Shown one piece after another: positions 1 to 9,379 of a stretch of 64,000 nt of DNA; the first letter of the stretch is position 1; each line of letters begins with the position of its first letter. Under the pieces are notes generated by a model. It was not told the DNA's origin and searched no databases. It saw nothing but the letters and a program-made list of their open reading frames with translations. This DNA is from Candidatus Phaeomarinibacter sp. (GTDB taxonomy: Bacteria > Pseudomonadota > Alphaproteobacteria > CGMCC-115125). Location: assembly GCA_050042885.1 (NCBI GenBank), contig JBHJJF010000009.1, forward strand, positions 25,000 to 88,999, given 5' to 3'. Position numbers and translations under genes: made by a program.

Positions 1-435
1 GTAGGTCGCAAACCGCGTTGCCCATTTGTGCTGCGTGTCCGCATGCTGGGCGTACTCGTAGTCATCCGGACAGATGTTGGAATGCAGAATGAAGATGTCC
101 GCCTGCTCCACCCGCATGGTTTCCAGCGAGCGTACCAACCGCCGCTCAAGCTCCGGCGCAACCTTGTCCGCAGGCGGCGTGCCGAGCTGGCACTTGGTCG
201 TGACCCGAACACCGTCGGGCAGCTTGCCCTCAAAGGCTTCCGCAACAACGGTTTCCGCTTCGCCGCGCCCATAGGCAGGCGCCATGTCGAAAAGGGTAAT
301 GCCTGCATCAACCGCCGCGCGCACGGTGGCAACAGCCTCCTCGCGCGTCGTCTCCCCCCACAGCTGGCCAAGACCGCCGCCACCAAGGGTAAGTGCGCTG
401 ACAGGCCACAGAGTGCCCAATTGCCGTGTCTGCAT
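1..435 (-). CDS. Aldo/keto reductase (partial, runs off window start)
   Basis: Manual translation from ATG 435: MQTRQLGTLWPVSALTLGGGGLGQLWG...GITLFDMAPAYGRGEAE, carrying the AKR N-terminal D-x-A-x-x-YG motif; not in the ORF track because it is open-ended. Confidence 0.85.
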   Translation of the reverse strand, partial: MQTRQLGTLWPVSALTLGGGGLGQLWGETTREEAVATVRAAVDAGITLFDMAPAYGRGEAETVVAEAFEGKLPDGVRVTTKCQLGTPPADKVAPELERRLVRSLETMRVEQADIFILHSNICPDDYEYAQHADTQHKWATRFATY

Positions 436-464
436 GTCCTGTCTCCCTGTCTGTGTAACTCGGC

Positions 465-1358
465 CTAGACAGCCGGGTCAGGCAGCCCGGCCTGGCGGTG
501 CGCCGCGATAAGCGTGTTGCGCATCAAACAGGCAACCGTCATGAGCCCGACCCCGCCCGGCACCGGCGTAATGGCACTGGCAATTTCAGATGCAGCGGCA
601 AAATCAACGTCGCCCACAAGGCGGGTTTTGCCGTCGCCCTTCTCAGGCGCCGGAACACGGTTGATACCAACATCGATGACAAGCGCACCGGGTTTCACCC
701 AGTCCCCCTGAACAAAGTTCGGCTTGCCGATCGCAGCAACAAGCACATCTGCCGCGCGCGCTTCGGCACGCAATTCCTTGGTACGCGAATGCGCCATGGT
801 CACCGTGCAGTTTTCCCTGAGCAACAGCTGCGCCACCGGCTTGCCCACAAGGTTCGAGCGTCCGCTCACCAGTGCTTTCAGTCCGGACAAATCCTCCCGC
901 ACGCCTTTCAGCATGAGGTAGGCCCCGTAGGGCGTGCACGGCACCATGGCATCCAGCCCGCTGGCAAGACGCCCCGCATTCAGAGGGTGCAGCCCGTCCA
1001 CGTCCTTGACCGGGTCAATCGTGTCAATGACGGCCTGCTGCGAAATCTGGTCCGGCACCGGAAACTGCACGAGAATGCCGTTCACTTCCGGGTCCGCATT
1101 GAGCGCGCGAACCAGCATCAGCAATTCATCCTGGCTGGTTGTCTTAGGCAGCTTGTGCTCAATGGAGCGAATGCCGACTTCGCCGCTTACACGCGCTTTC
1201 GATGCCACATAGACCTTGCTGGCCGGGTCCTCACCGACCAGCACCACCGCAAGACCGGGTGTCTTTCCGGTCTCAGCCTCAAATGCCGTCACACCGGCGG
1301 TGACCTTCTCCTTCACTTTCGAAGCATAGGTCTTGCCGTCGATCAGCGTTGCGGGCAT
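465..1358 (-). CDS. folD: Bifunctional methylenetetrahydrofolate dehydrogenase/cyclohydrolase
   Basis: Motifs [43 protein letters not shown]. Confidence 0.97.
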   Translation of the reverse strand: MPATLIDGKTYASKVKEKVTAGVTAFEAETGKTPGLAVVLVGEDPASKVYVASKARVSGEVGIRSIEHKLPKTTSQDELLMLVRALNADPEVNGILVQFPVPDQISQQAVIDTIDPVKDVDGLHPLNAGRLASGLDAMVPCTPYGAYLMLKGVREDLSGLKALVSGRSNLVGKPVAQLLLRENCTVTMAHSRTKELRAEARAADVLVAAIGKPNFVQGDWVKPGALVIDVGINRVPAPEKGDGKTRLVGDVDFAAASEIASAITPVPGGVGLMTVACLMRNTLIAAHRQAGLPDPAV

Positions 1359-1399
1359 GGGCGAGGTCCTGAAGAGCGAAAAAGTAAGCGAAAGGTCGG

Positions 1400-1678
1400 C
1401 TAGAGCAAGTTGGTGATGATGATGACCCGCAGGGCGTAAATACCAACCAGCACCACAAGAGGCGACAGATCAATCCCGCCCAGATCCGGCATGAAGTTGC
1501 GGATCGGGCGGTACAGCGGTTCCGTCAGTTGATGGAACATATTGGCGATCTGGTAGACGAAATTGTTGCGCGTATCGAGCACGTTGAACGCAATCAGCCA
1601 GCTCAGGATCACGCTGATGATCACAAACCACCAGGCAATGTCGAGAATGAAAAGCGCGATGAGAGCAATGGCCTGCAT
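1400..1678 (-). CDS. yggT: YggT family membrane protein
   Basis: [10 protein letters not shown]...LGGIDLSP signature; start trimmed to MQAIAL; upstream of folD as is usual in Alphaproteobacteria. Confidence 0.9.
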   Translation of the reverse strand: MQAIALIALFILDIAWWFVIISVILSWLIAFNVLDTRNNFVYQIANMFHQLTEPLYRPIRNFMPDLGGIDLSPLVVLVGIYALRVIIITNLL

Positions 1679-1766
1679 CTGGGTACCCATATAGCTGATT
1701 CCGATGACACCACATGTACTTGCGCCGTGTTTGAGACGCAAGCCAGCAACCGCTCAGAGGTCCGTT

Positions 1767-2045
1767 CTACTCTCCGTGAGAGCGAAATTTGACCCACCCC
1801 ATGACCATCACACACACCCAGACCAGGATGTTGTTGATAATGATGGACGGCGCTTCGAGCACAATGCCGTAAGCAGCCCACAGGGCTACACCTGCTCCGA
1901 ACGCGGCCAGCCACCCCCAAGAAAAGTCATCCGCATGGCGGGTTTTTACGGTCTTCCAAACCTGCGGCAGAAACGACGCGGACGTCAGCACGGCAGCAAT
2001 GCCACCAATCACTTCGGCATAGGGTGTTAGGGCGGCAAGCGACAT
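1767..2045 (-). CDS. SemiSWEET / PQ-loop family transporter
   Basis: LTSASFLPQVWKT PQ-loop, LW..YG, three TM helices, ~92 aa. Confidence 0.85.
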   Translation of the reverse strand: MSLAALTPYAEVIGGIAAVLTSASFLPQVWKTVKTRHADDFSWGWLAAFGAGVALWAAYGIVLEAPSIIINNILVWVCVMVMGWVKFRSHGE

Positions 2046-2177
2046 GGGCATCCAGCTCCGGCTATCAGCGTAAGGGGGCAATTGCACCAACAGTGCTGCC
2101 CCTTCCTACCGGTGTTTGCCGGGGCACGATAGCGCCAAACACGTCGCGCTCCATGCACGCCTGATGCACTCATGGAC

Positions 2178-2200
2178 AATTGGCACTACTCATGCCAATT
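2178..2200. promoter_or_regulatory. Inverted repeat, candidate operator between divergent genes
   Basis: AATTGGCA-N7-TGCCAATT, perfect 8-bp arms. Confidence 0.5.
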
Positions 2201-2239
2201 ATTACACGAAAGACGCCACGATAGGGGGGAAACGGGCCG

Positions 2240-2920
2240 ATGAAAAACCTGACCAGCGGCATCTGGATTTGGGGCACAGCACTTGTGCTCTCGCTAGCCT
2301 TCACGGCCTGGTACCACAACTGGAGTGGGCCGCTGACACCCGCCGAAATAGATGCCTATGTGGCGCAGATAGCAGAGGGGGCGGACGCCGACTCGCAGGC
2401 TCTTGAAACGCTGCGCGCCTTCATGGAGGCGGATGACGGCAGGGAGTTTGTGATGTTCAACATCATAAAGCTCCATGATGGCAAGCAACCACATCCACAG
2501 ACCGGCGACCCCACGGACCCCGCCGCATTGCTTGAAACCTACTCCAACGCTTTCCTCGGCAGACTGCTCATGAGCGCCGGGCATCCTATGTGGCTGGCAG
2601 ACAAGGTGGGGCCTTACGTAGACACCTATGGAAAAGATGAAACACCCCAGTGGGGCTTCTTGTCCATGGTGCGGTACCGGTCCCGCCGAGACCTTCTGGA
2701 CGCCGCCACATATGAAGGCTTCCCCGGAGCGCACCTGTTCAAGACGGCCGCAATCGAGCAGACCTTCAATTTTCCGACCCAGCTTCGGCTGCAGGCCTTC
2801 TTCAGCCCGGGTCTGCTTGTGCCGCTTCTGCTTTTCTTCTTTGCCGCCCTGATCCAACTTGCGGTGATGGCTCGCCGGCTCAAAGCAAACCAGCCAGACA
2901 GCAACCGCCCATCAAAGTAA
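2240..2920 (+). CDS. Conserved hypothetical membrane-anchored protein (DUF1330-like dimeric alpha/beta barrel)
   Basis: N- and C-terminal TM segments; DDGREFVMFN and MVRYRSRRD motifs; G-rich RBS. Confidence 0.6.
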   Translation: MKNLTSGIWIWGTALVLSLAFTAWYHNWSGPLTPAEIDAYVAQIAEGADADSQALETLRAFMEADDGREFVMFNIIKLHDGKQPHPQTGDPTDPAALLETYSNAFLGRLLMSAGHPMWLADKVGPYVDTYGKDETPQWGFLSMVRYRSRRDLLDAATYEGFPGAHLFKTAAIEQTFNFPTQLRLQAFFSPGLLVPLLLFFFAALIQLAVMARRLKANQPDSNRPSK

Positions 2921-2936
2921 TTGACCCGCGGTCATT
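2920..2936 (+). promoter_or_regulatory. Palindrome overlapping a TTGAC -35 element
   Basis: ATTGAC-N5-GTCATT followed by CCTATCT; same geometry as 7322-7340. Confidence 0.45.
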
Positions 2937-2989
2937 AATTCCTATCTACTAGACCTGTCATACCTTGGATGACGGATGCACAGGGGAGC

Positions 2990-4039
2990 ATGATCGCCAT
3001 GTCTGATCAGATCGATACATCCGCACCGGTCCTTGTTACCGGAGCATCAGGCTACATCGCCCAGCAGGTCATCCTGCTTTTGCTCGACAAGGGCTACAAA
3101 GTTCGCGGCACGATCCGCTCCCTCGAAAAAGGCCCGGCGCTGAAAGAGCTGCTGGCCAGCAAGAACCCCCGCGCCTCGGAAATTGAGCTCTTTGCTGCCG
3201 ATCTGACATCAGACGATGGCTGGCCGGAAGCCGTTGCAGGCTGCACCTATGTGCATCACATCGCCTCGCCCATTCCGCCGGAACTACCCAAGGACCCCAA
3301 CGACCTGATCGTTCCCGCGCGCGATGGCGCCCTGCGCGCCCTCAAGGCCTCAAAGACCGCGGGCGTCAAACGCGTCATCATGACGTCGTCTGTGGCCTCG
3401 GTCGCCTACGGCTACAAGAAGCTGCCGGAGATCATGAATGAGGACAACTGGTCGAACCCTGATCTTCTCAAAGACAACACCGCCTACACCCGCTCGAAAG
3501 TCATCGCGGAAAAAGCAGCCTGGGACTACATCAACGGCGACGGCAAAGGCCTTGAACTGGCGACCATCAATCCGTCTGCCGTGCTCGGCCCGGTTCTAAG
3601 CGGCGACTTCTCCGCCTCCGTCCAACTCATCACCCAGCTGATGAGTGGTGAATTGCCTGCCACGCCGCGCATCGGTTTCCAGATCGTCGATGTCCGCGAT
3701 GTCGCCGCTGCCCATGTGGCCGCCATGGAGACGCCCGAAGCCGCCGGCGAGCGCTTTATTACTGCAAGTGACTACTACTGGTTCGGCGATATTGGCGGTG
3801 TCCTGCGCGAAGAATTCCCCGCCTACAAAAAGAAGATTCCGACCCGCAAGCTGCCGAGCTTCCTTTTATCCTTCCTGTCAATCTTCAACCCGGTGATGAA
3901 ACAAGTCATCCCGGAACTCGACAAGAAGCGCTTCGTTTCCAACGAAAAGGCGCAACGCGTCCTCGGCGTTACCTTCCGACCCGGCCGCGAATCCATCATC
4001 GATGGCGCCACCTCACTGATCGAACACAAGGTGGTCTGA
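2990..4039 (+). CDS. NAD-dependent epimerase/dehydratase family (aldehyde reductase / dihydroflavonol reductase-like)
   Basis: VTGASGYIA Rossmann motif, YTRSK catalytic YxxxK, VDVRDVA. Confidence 0.9.
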   Translation: MIAMSDQIDTSAPVLVTGASGYIAQQVILLLLDKGYKVRGTIRSLEKGPALKELLASKNPRASEIELFAADLTSDDGWPEAVAGCTYVHHIASPIPPELPKDPNDLIVPARDGALRALKASKTAGVKRVIMTSSVASVAYGYKKLPEIMNEDNWSNPDLLKDNTAYTRSKVIAEKAAWDYINGDGKGLELATINPSAVLGPVLSGDFSASVQLITQLMSGELPATPRIGFQIVDVRDVAAAHVAAMETPEAAGERFITASDYYWFGDIGGVLREEFPAYKKKIPTRKLPSFLLSFLSIFNPVMKQVIPELDKKRFVSNEKAQRVLGVTFRPGRESIIDGATSLIEHKVV

Positions 4040-4068
4040 CACCGCGTCCTGGATTTCAGCGCCTCCGC

Positions 4069-4551
4069 CTAGTCTCGGCGGGTGCGCTGAAGCCGCTTTT
4101 CAATTTCGCGCTTTTCCCAGTCAGGGCTGAACAGCGACACGACTTCAAAAACTGACAAGCCGTGCGCCGCAACGCCGACGCCCCAGCCGAGCATCGGCCA
4201 GATGAACCACGGCGTGCCGATGCCGGTGAACAGGTTGATGACGAACAGCCCGAAGTTCACCATGCAATAGGTGGCGAGATGGCTGTAAAACGCCTTGAGA
4301 TCGCGCACATAGCGGACCGCCCGGCGCTCTTCTTTTGAGAGTTCGTTCTGCTGGTACATGGGTGCCTCCGGTGCCTCGGTTGACAGGGTGGACACGTCCA
4401 CCTCGAAGACCGCAGCCAGTGCCGTAAGCGTTTCCAGGCTTGCATTGCCGCCGCGCTCGAGCCGCTGAATGGTGCGCACACTCAGACCGCTGACTTCAGC
4501 CAGTGTCTCCTGCGACCATCCCCTGTCGATACGAAGCTTGCGAATAAGCAC
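4069..4551 (-). CDS. XRE/Cro-C1 HTH regulator fused to a 2TM domain
   Basis: WSQETLAEVSGLSVRTIQRLE HTH; C-terminal FYSHL...WFIWPMLGWGVG 2TM; GTG start at 4551 with GGGAG RBS. Confidence 0.88.
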   Translation of the reverse strand: MLIRKLRIDRGWSQETLAEVSGLSVRTIQRLERGGNASLETLTALAAVFEVDVSTLSTEAPEAPMYQQNELSKEERRAVRYVRDLKAFYSHLATYCMVNFGLFVINLFTGIGTPWFIWPMLGWGVGVAAHGLSVFEVVSLFSPDWEKREIEKRLQRTRRD

Positions 4552-4617
4552 CTGAAGTCTCCCCGGTTGACCGGATGCGGTGACACGCAAATTGGGAACT
4601 GGCCCCGTGCGCCACCA

Positions 4618-4666
4618 CGACAAAACCCCGTCAGCAACCCGACATCACCACGTCACCTGCCCGAAA
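4618..4666. repeat. Five CG(A/T)CA-type direct repeats at exact 11-bp period upstream of the XRE-2TM gene
   Basis: CGACA 4618, CGTCA 4629, CGACA 4640, CGTCA 4651, CGAAA 4662. Confidence 0.75.
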
Positions 4667-4689
4667 ACCCCAGAAACCCGGAATTTTGC

Positions 4690-5886
4690 CTACAGCCCTA
4701 GCACCCGCTTGGCGATGATGTTCTTCTGGATTTCGTTGGTGCCGCCATAGATCGACTGCGCCCGGCCCGCAAAGTAGGCCGACACGGAGGGTGGCGCATA
4801 ACTCGTCAGCGCATCCGTGGACCAGTCAGGAGCCGCGCAATCCGGACTTCCGATCTGAGCGGCGCGGCCACACGCTTCCACCATCAGTTCCGTGATCCGC
4901 TGATGGGTTTCCGTCGCCAGAATTTTTACCGTCGACGCCTCATTGCCCGGCGACCCGCCTTCAGCAACCGACGACAGGATGCGCAGCACCGTTGTCTCAA
5001 GACCGTCCACCCGGATTTCAGCCTCCGCAACCTTGGTGCGGAACACCTGGTCATCATAGAGCGCCTCATTGCCGCCCATGGGCGCCGCTCTGGCAATGTC
5101 CTTGAGGTCGGACAGCATCTTCCGCTTGGCACCGATGCGCGCATAGGACGTACGTTCATTGCCCAATAGATAGGTTGAGTATTCCCAGCCCTTGCCCTCT
5201 TCGCCGATCATGTAATCAACCGGCACGCGCACATCTTCAAACACCACCTGATTGAGATAGTGCTTGCCGTCGATGCCGATAATCGGAACGAGCGTGACGC
5301 CAGCCCGGTACATCTCGCAGCACACAAAGCTGATCCCCTGCTGCTTGCGCTCCCCCTTCGAGGTCCGCGCCAACAGAAAAATCCAGTCCGCATGTTGTGC
5401 CGCCGACGGCCAGATTTTCGTGCCGTTGAGCACGAACTCGTCGCCCTCGCGCACCGCCGAAAACTGCAGGGACGCAAGGTCCGACCCCGAGCCCGGCTCA
5501 CTGTAACCCTGTGCCCAGCCCATCTCGCCGGAGCGGGTTGGCCCAAGCCACTTTTCTTTCTGGTCGTCGCTGCCGAAATTGAAGATCACCGGCCCCACAT
5601 AGATGACGCCCATGGGTGTCACCGTCGGTGCGCCGGCGCGCTCCAGTTCCTCGTCAAAAATGTACTGCTCTTCGATGGACCAGCCCGGCCCGCCAAATTC
5701 CTTTGGCCACGCCGACGCCAGCCAGCCTTTAGCGCCTAGGGCCATTTCTGCCTTGCGCACTTCCGGCGTGGTCAACGAGTGCCCGGCGCGCACTTTATCC
5801 AGTATGTCCTGCGGGTAGTCGGTGGCGAAGAAGCTGCGCACTTCCTGGCGAAATGGCTCAAGGTCCGCGCTAAAGCTCATATCCAT
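4690..5886 (-). CDS. Acyl-CoA dehydrogenase (PimC-like)
   Basis: WAQGYSEPGSGSDLASL, IYGGTNEIQKNII. Confidence 0.93.
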   Translation of the reverse strand: MDMSFSADLEPFRQEVRSFFATDYPQDILDKVRAGHSLTTPEVRKAEMALGAKGWLASAWPKEFGGPGWSIEEQYIFDEELERAGAPTVTPMGVIYVGPVIFNFGSDDQKEKWLGPTRSGEMGWAQGYSEPGSGSDLASLQFSAVREGDEFVLNGTKIWPSAAQHADWIFLLARTSKGERKQQGISFVCCEMYRAGVTLVPIIGIDGKHYLNQVVFEDVRVPVDYMIGEEGKGWEYSTYLLGNERTSYARIGAKRKMLSDLKDIARAAPMGGNEALYDDQVFRTKVAEAEIRVDGLETTVLRILSSVAEGGSPGNEASTVKILATETHQRITELMVEACGRAAQIGSPDCAAPDWSTDALTSYAPPSVSAYFAGRAQSIYGGTNEIQKNIIAKRVLGL

Positions 5887-6099
5887 GGGGTCGTCTCCCG
5901 AAATCTGGGCCCCGCCCCGTACTTGGGCACCGGACGGGTCCTTATGTCTGTTCGGGACCTACTTTACAGCATGCACCTCATAAATCACGCCGCCCATTTT
6001 CCACAGCAGCAGCGATGATGATGTCCGATTTCGACCAGCACGCAGGTGTGTTGTGGCGTATTCTCGCAGACACACGTCATCAGCCCAATGAGACCGACG

Positions 6100-6612
6100 A
6101 TGCACATTCTCAAACGCGACCTGTTCTACACCTATATCCCCAGCCCGCTCGGTGACCTTCTCGTGGGGGGAGATGGAGACACGCTTCATCTGATCAGCTT
6201 TCCAACCGGCGCCAAGACGATGCGCCATGCCGACCACTGGCAGCGCAACGACAAGATGTTCAAAGACGTGGCGACACAGCTCAACGCCTACTTCGCAGGC
6301 GAGCTCAAGGAATTTGATCTGCCGCTCACCCTCGATGGCACCGAGTTTCAGAACCAGATTTGGAAAAACCTCGCCACCATCCCCTACGGTGAAACGGCGT
6401 CCTATGGCGACATGGCAAAGAAGGCTGGCCGCCCCAAAGCCAGCCGAGCCGTCGGCGCTGCAAACGGCGCGAATCCACTTCCCATTGTCCTTCCCTGCCA
6501 CCGCGTCATCGGCTCAACCGGTGACCTGACCGGCTTCGGCGGCGGCATGGAAGCAAAGAAATTTCTGCTGGGACTGGAGGGGGCGTTGGAAGTGCAAGGC
6601 CAGCTGGTTTAG
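6100..6612 (+). CDS. ogt: Methylated-DNA--protein-cysteine methyltransferase
   Basis: GTEFQ..IW, IPYGET.SY, RAVGAANGANP, PCHRV active site. Confidence 0.95.
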   Translation: MHILKRDLFYTYIPSPLGDLLVGGDGDTLHLISFPTGAKTMRHADHWQRNDKMFKDVATQLNAYFAGELKEFDLPLTLDGTEFQNQIWKNLATIPYGETASYGDMAKKAGRPKASRAVGAANGANPLPIVLPCHRVIGSTGDLTGFGGGMEAKKFLLGLEGALEVQGQLV

Positions 6613-6645
6613 CCGAACCACTGACGAACCGAACCGGCGTGGACC

Positions 6646-7257
6646 CTACGCTCCGTATATCGCCGCATTCCAGATGTCGGCTGATGTCTTGCCGATGGCA
6701 GCAGGGTCATCCGGCGGCTGGCGGGTCAGATTGTCATTTGCCAGCGCGTTGTTCATCAGGATCAGGCTACGGGCGGTCAGCTCCGGACTTTGCACTTTGG
6801 ATCGGCCGAGCATCACCTGCTGGCGGATAAACCGGGCAGTGAGGTCAATAAAATAGTCGATGACCCGCGATCGCCACTCGTCATGCACCTGTTCACTGCT
6901 GTTGGACGCCCGCGCCAGGGCAAGCATACCGGTGCGATGCGCCTCCATGGCCACAAACATGGTTGTGAGATGGTCATGGGTATCCTGCAGATAATCATCC
7001 GTCCCCTGACCATTGAGCCAGTCGTCCACCGTCTGGCGAATGGCATCTTCAAACCGTCCCAGAAAGCCCAGCGCCAGCTCATCCACGCTTTTGAAGTAGT
7101 GATAGAACGAGGATCGCGTCATGCCCGTGCGCCGCATAACCGCATCCACGGTCAGCTCGCTGAAATCCATTTCAGCAAGCGCAGCCTCAGTGGCATCAAT
7201 AATTTCCTCTCGCGCCATTTCTGGCGTTCGGCGGATGCGCTGGGCACTTTTGGACAT
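6646..7257 (-). CDS. TetR/AcrR family regulator
   Basis: LTVDAVMRRTGMTRSSFYHYF HTH; divergent from the monooxygenase. Confidence 0.9.
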   Translation of the reverse strand: MSKSAQRIRRTPEMAREEIIDATEAALAEMDFSELTVDAVMRRTGMTRSSFYHYFKSVDELALGFLGRFEDAIRQTVDDWLNGQGTDDYLQDTHDHLTTMFVAMEAHRTGMLALARASNSSEQVHDEWRSRVIDYFIDLTARFIRQQVMLGRSKVQSPELTARSLILMNNALANDNLTRQPPDDPAAIGKTSADIWNAAIYGA

Positions 7258-7321
7258 ATTTGGCTCTTTTGCTGCGGATGCGGGCGCGTTTCAGTGCCGG
7301 GAGTCTACTAATGATTTTGCC

Positions 7322-7340
7322 TATTGACAACCCGTCAATA
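7322..7340. promoter_or_regulatory. Operator palindrome overlapping TTGACA -35 of the monooxygenase
   Basis: TATTGAC-N5-GTCAATA perfect 7-bp arms in the TetR/BVMO divergent gap. Confidence 0.7.
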
Positions 7341-7397
7341 AGGCGTCATTTTAACCTCAAGAAGCCACGAGAGGGCATCCATCGGGAGAAGTGCGCC

Positions 7398-8942
7398 ATG
7401 AACATGCATACCAATGAGTTTGCGTCCGGATCAGCCGCGAGCTGGGCAAAAGCAGGCACGCAACCACGCATTGCCATCATCGGCGCGGGCATGTCCGGCA
7501 TTGCCGCCGTCGTGAAACTACGTCAGGCAGGCTATTCGGACCTCACGGTGTACGAGAAGACCAACAAGGTCGGCGGCACCTGGCGCGAGAACCAGTATCC
7601 CGGTCTCTCCTGTGACGTCCCCTCACGCTGGTATTCTTTCTCGTTCAATCTCAACCCGGACTGGTCACACCGCTTCTCATACGGCCCCGAAATTCAGGCC
7701 TATATGGAAGCCACGGCTGAAAAATTCGGCGTCAACGAGGGCGGCAAGTTCAACACCCCGGTCACAGACCTCACCTATGAAGGCCCGCACTGGCGGCTGA
7801 CCGACGGCAATGGCGCGGTTGAACACTATGACGTGGTCATCTCGGCCACCGGCGTGCTGCACAAGCCTGCCTTCCCGAAGATCGAAGGCCTCGACAGCTT
7901 CCAAGGCGACATGTTCCACACCGCCCGTTGGGACCACTCGGTCAAGCTTGATGGGCGCAAGGTCGGTATCATCGGCACCGGCTCAACAGCTGCGCAGATT
8001 GTGGGCGCCATCACCCACAAGGTGGGCACGATGAATGTATTCCAGCGCACGCCGCAGTGGATGATCCCCCTGCCACAAAAGGAGTATGCCACCGGCTGGA
8101 AGTGGCTGATGCGCAAGATCCCCGCACTCCAGAAACTGACCTACAATTTCTACTTCAAATCGATGGCCAAGAACTTTGGCGCGGCCACAACCGGTGATCA
8201 GGACAAGCTGGCGGACATCCAGGAAGCCTGCACAAAGCATCTCGAAGAAGGTGTGGCCGACCCGGACCTGCGGGCCAAGCTCACTCCCAGCTACCAGGCC
8301 GCCTGCAAACGACTGATCTTCTGCTCGGATTTCTATCCGGCTATCAGCCGTGACAACGCCAATCTTGTCACCGACGGCATCACACGCATCACCCCTACCG
8401 GCATTGAAACGCAGGACGGTGCACACCACGACCTGGACGTTCTCATTCTTGCGACTGGGTTTGATGCCGCCGCTTTCATCCTGCCCACCAAAGTCACCGG
8501 CGAAAATGGTCAGGACCTAGAAGACGCCTGGGACGGCTCCCCGCGCGCCCACCGTGCCGTAGCCATGCCCGGCTTCCCAAACTTCTGGATGCTGGAAGGC
8601 CCCACAGGCCCCGTTGGAAACCTGTCGCTTATCACTATTTCTGAGCATCAGGTCGACTACGTCATCAGTATGCTGAACAAAATGCGGGAAAGCCGCCTGG
8701 ACGCAGTTGCAGCCAGGCAGGATGCCTACCAGACCTACAACGACGACATGGCGAAACAGATGCCCAGTACCGTTTGGGCATCTGGCGGCTGCACGAGCTG
8801 GTACTTTGATAAGTCCGGCAACCCCAATCTCTACCCTTACCCGCCGCATCGCTATCTCGACGACATGCACGACCCGGATTACTCCGAGTTTCATCTCATT
8901 GAAGATGCAAAGCAGGGTGAGACACTACAAGGCACAGCCTGA
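7398..8942 (+). CDS. Baeyer-Villiger / flavin-containing monooxygenase
   Basis: GAGMSG, GGTWRENQYPG, FQGDMFHTARWD fingerprint, GTGSTA, ATGF. Confidence 0.93.
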   Translation: MNMHTNEFASGSAASWAKAGTQPRIAIIGAGMSGIAAVVKLRQAGYSDLTVYEKTNKVGGTWRENQYPGLSCDVPSRWYSFSFNLNPDWSHRFSYGPEIQAYMEATAEKFGVNEGGKFNTPVTDLTYEGPHWRLTDGNGAVEHYDVVISATGVLHKPAFPKIEGLDSFQGDMFHTARWDHSVKLDGRKVGIIGTGSTAAQIVGAITHKVGTMNVFQRTPQWMIPLPQKEYATGWKWLMRKIPALQKLTYNFYFKSMAKNFGAATTGDQDKLADIQEACTKHLEEGVADPDLRAKLTPSYQAACKRLIFCSDFYPAISRDNANLVTDGITRITPTGIETQDGAHHDLDVLILATGFDAAAFILPTKVTGENGQDLEDAWDGSPRAHRAVAMPGFPNFWMLEGPTGPVGNLSLITISEHQVDYVISMLNKMRESRLDAVAARQDAYQTYNDDMAKQMPSTVWASGGCTSWYFDKSGNPNLYPYPPHRYLDDMHDPDYSEFHLIEDAKQGETLQGTA

Positions 8943-8956
8943 AGAGACAGTCGCGT

Positions 8957-9274
8957 CTAGATCACCGTATCCAGAAGCGTTTCGACCACCTCATTTTGGG
9001 CTTTGAAGGCGGCCGCCGTCGCCTTGTAGGCCACTTCAGCGCGCGTGAGATTGACCGTCGCCGTCACAAGGTCAGGTGCCTGAGCAGTCGTGGAGGGCGC
9101 CAGCGGTGCGGTAAACCGCGGTGCTGACGCGGAACTCCCCCGCGTGGCCGATGCCGCTTGTTGATAGGCATTGCTGGCAGACTGGGCCGAGCGCACAACA
9201 TCGCTGGCCGCCTTGCCGACACCGACACGGGCTGACCGCAGGCCTTCTGCCGCGCTGGTCAAAGATCCAATCAT
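8957..9274 (-). CDS. Small orphan protein with flagellar basal-body rod C-terminal-like domain
   Basis: C-terminus DLVTATVNLTRAEVAYKATAAAFKAQNEVVETLLD resembles the FlgC/FlgG D0 end. Confidence 0.65.
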   Translation of the reverse strand: MIGSLTSAAEGLRSARVGVGKAASDVVRSAQSASNAYQQAASATRGSSASAPRFTAPLAPSTTAQAPDLVTATVNLTRAEVAYKATAAAFKAQNEVVETLLDTVI

Positions 9275-9329
9275 CACGAAGACCCTAGCGGTCATAGAGC
9301 CGGCACGCACGCCAAACCGCAAGAGAAAC

Positions 9330-9344
9330 CTAACGGCCCGTTAA
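9330..9344 (-). promoter_or_regulatory. Near-consensus CtrA box
   Basis: Minus strand TTAA-N7-TTAG (one mismatch to TTAA-N7-TTAA), ~55 bp upstream of the rod-like gene. Confidence 0.45.
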
Positions 9345-9379
9345 GACCGTCTCACTGCGGGACACGTCACGGGTCAGAT

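Noticed and set aside
4618-4666. CRISPR or iteron interpretation of the periodic repeats
   Set aside because: Units are only 5 bp with 6-bp spacers, and there are no cas or rep genes
6615-6629. GAAC-N7-GAAC, a perfect alphaproteobacterial LexA box next to ogt
   Set aside because: It lies downstream of ogt between convergent stop codons, not in a promoter; likely chance
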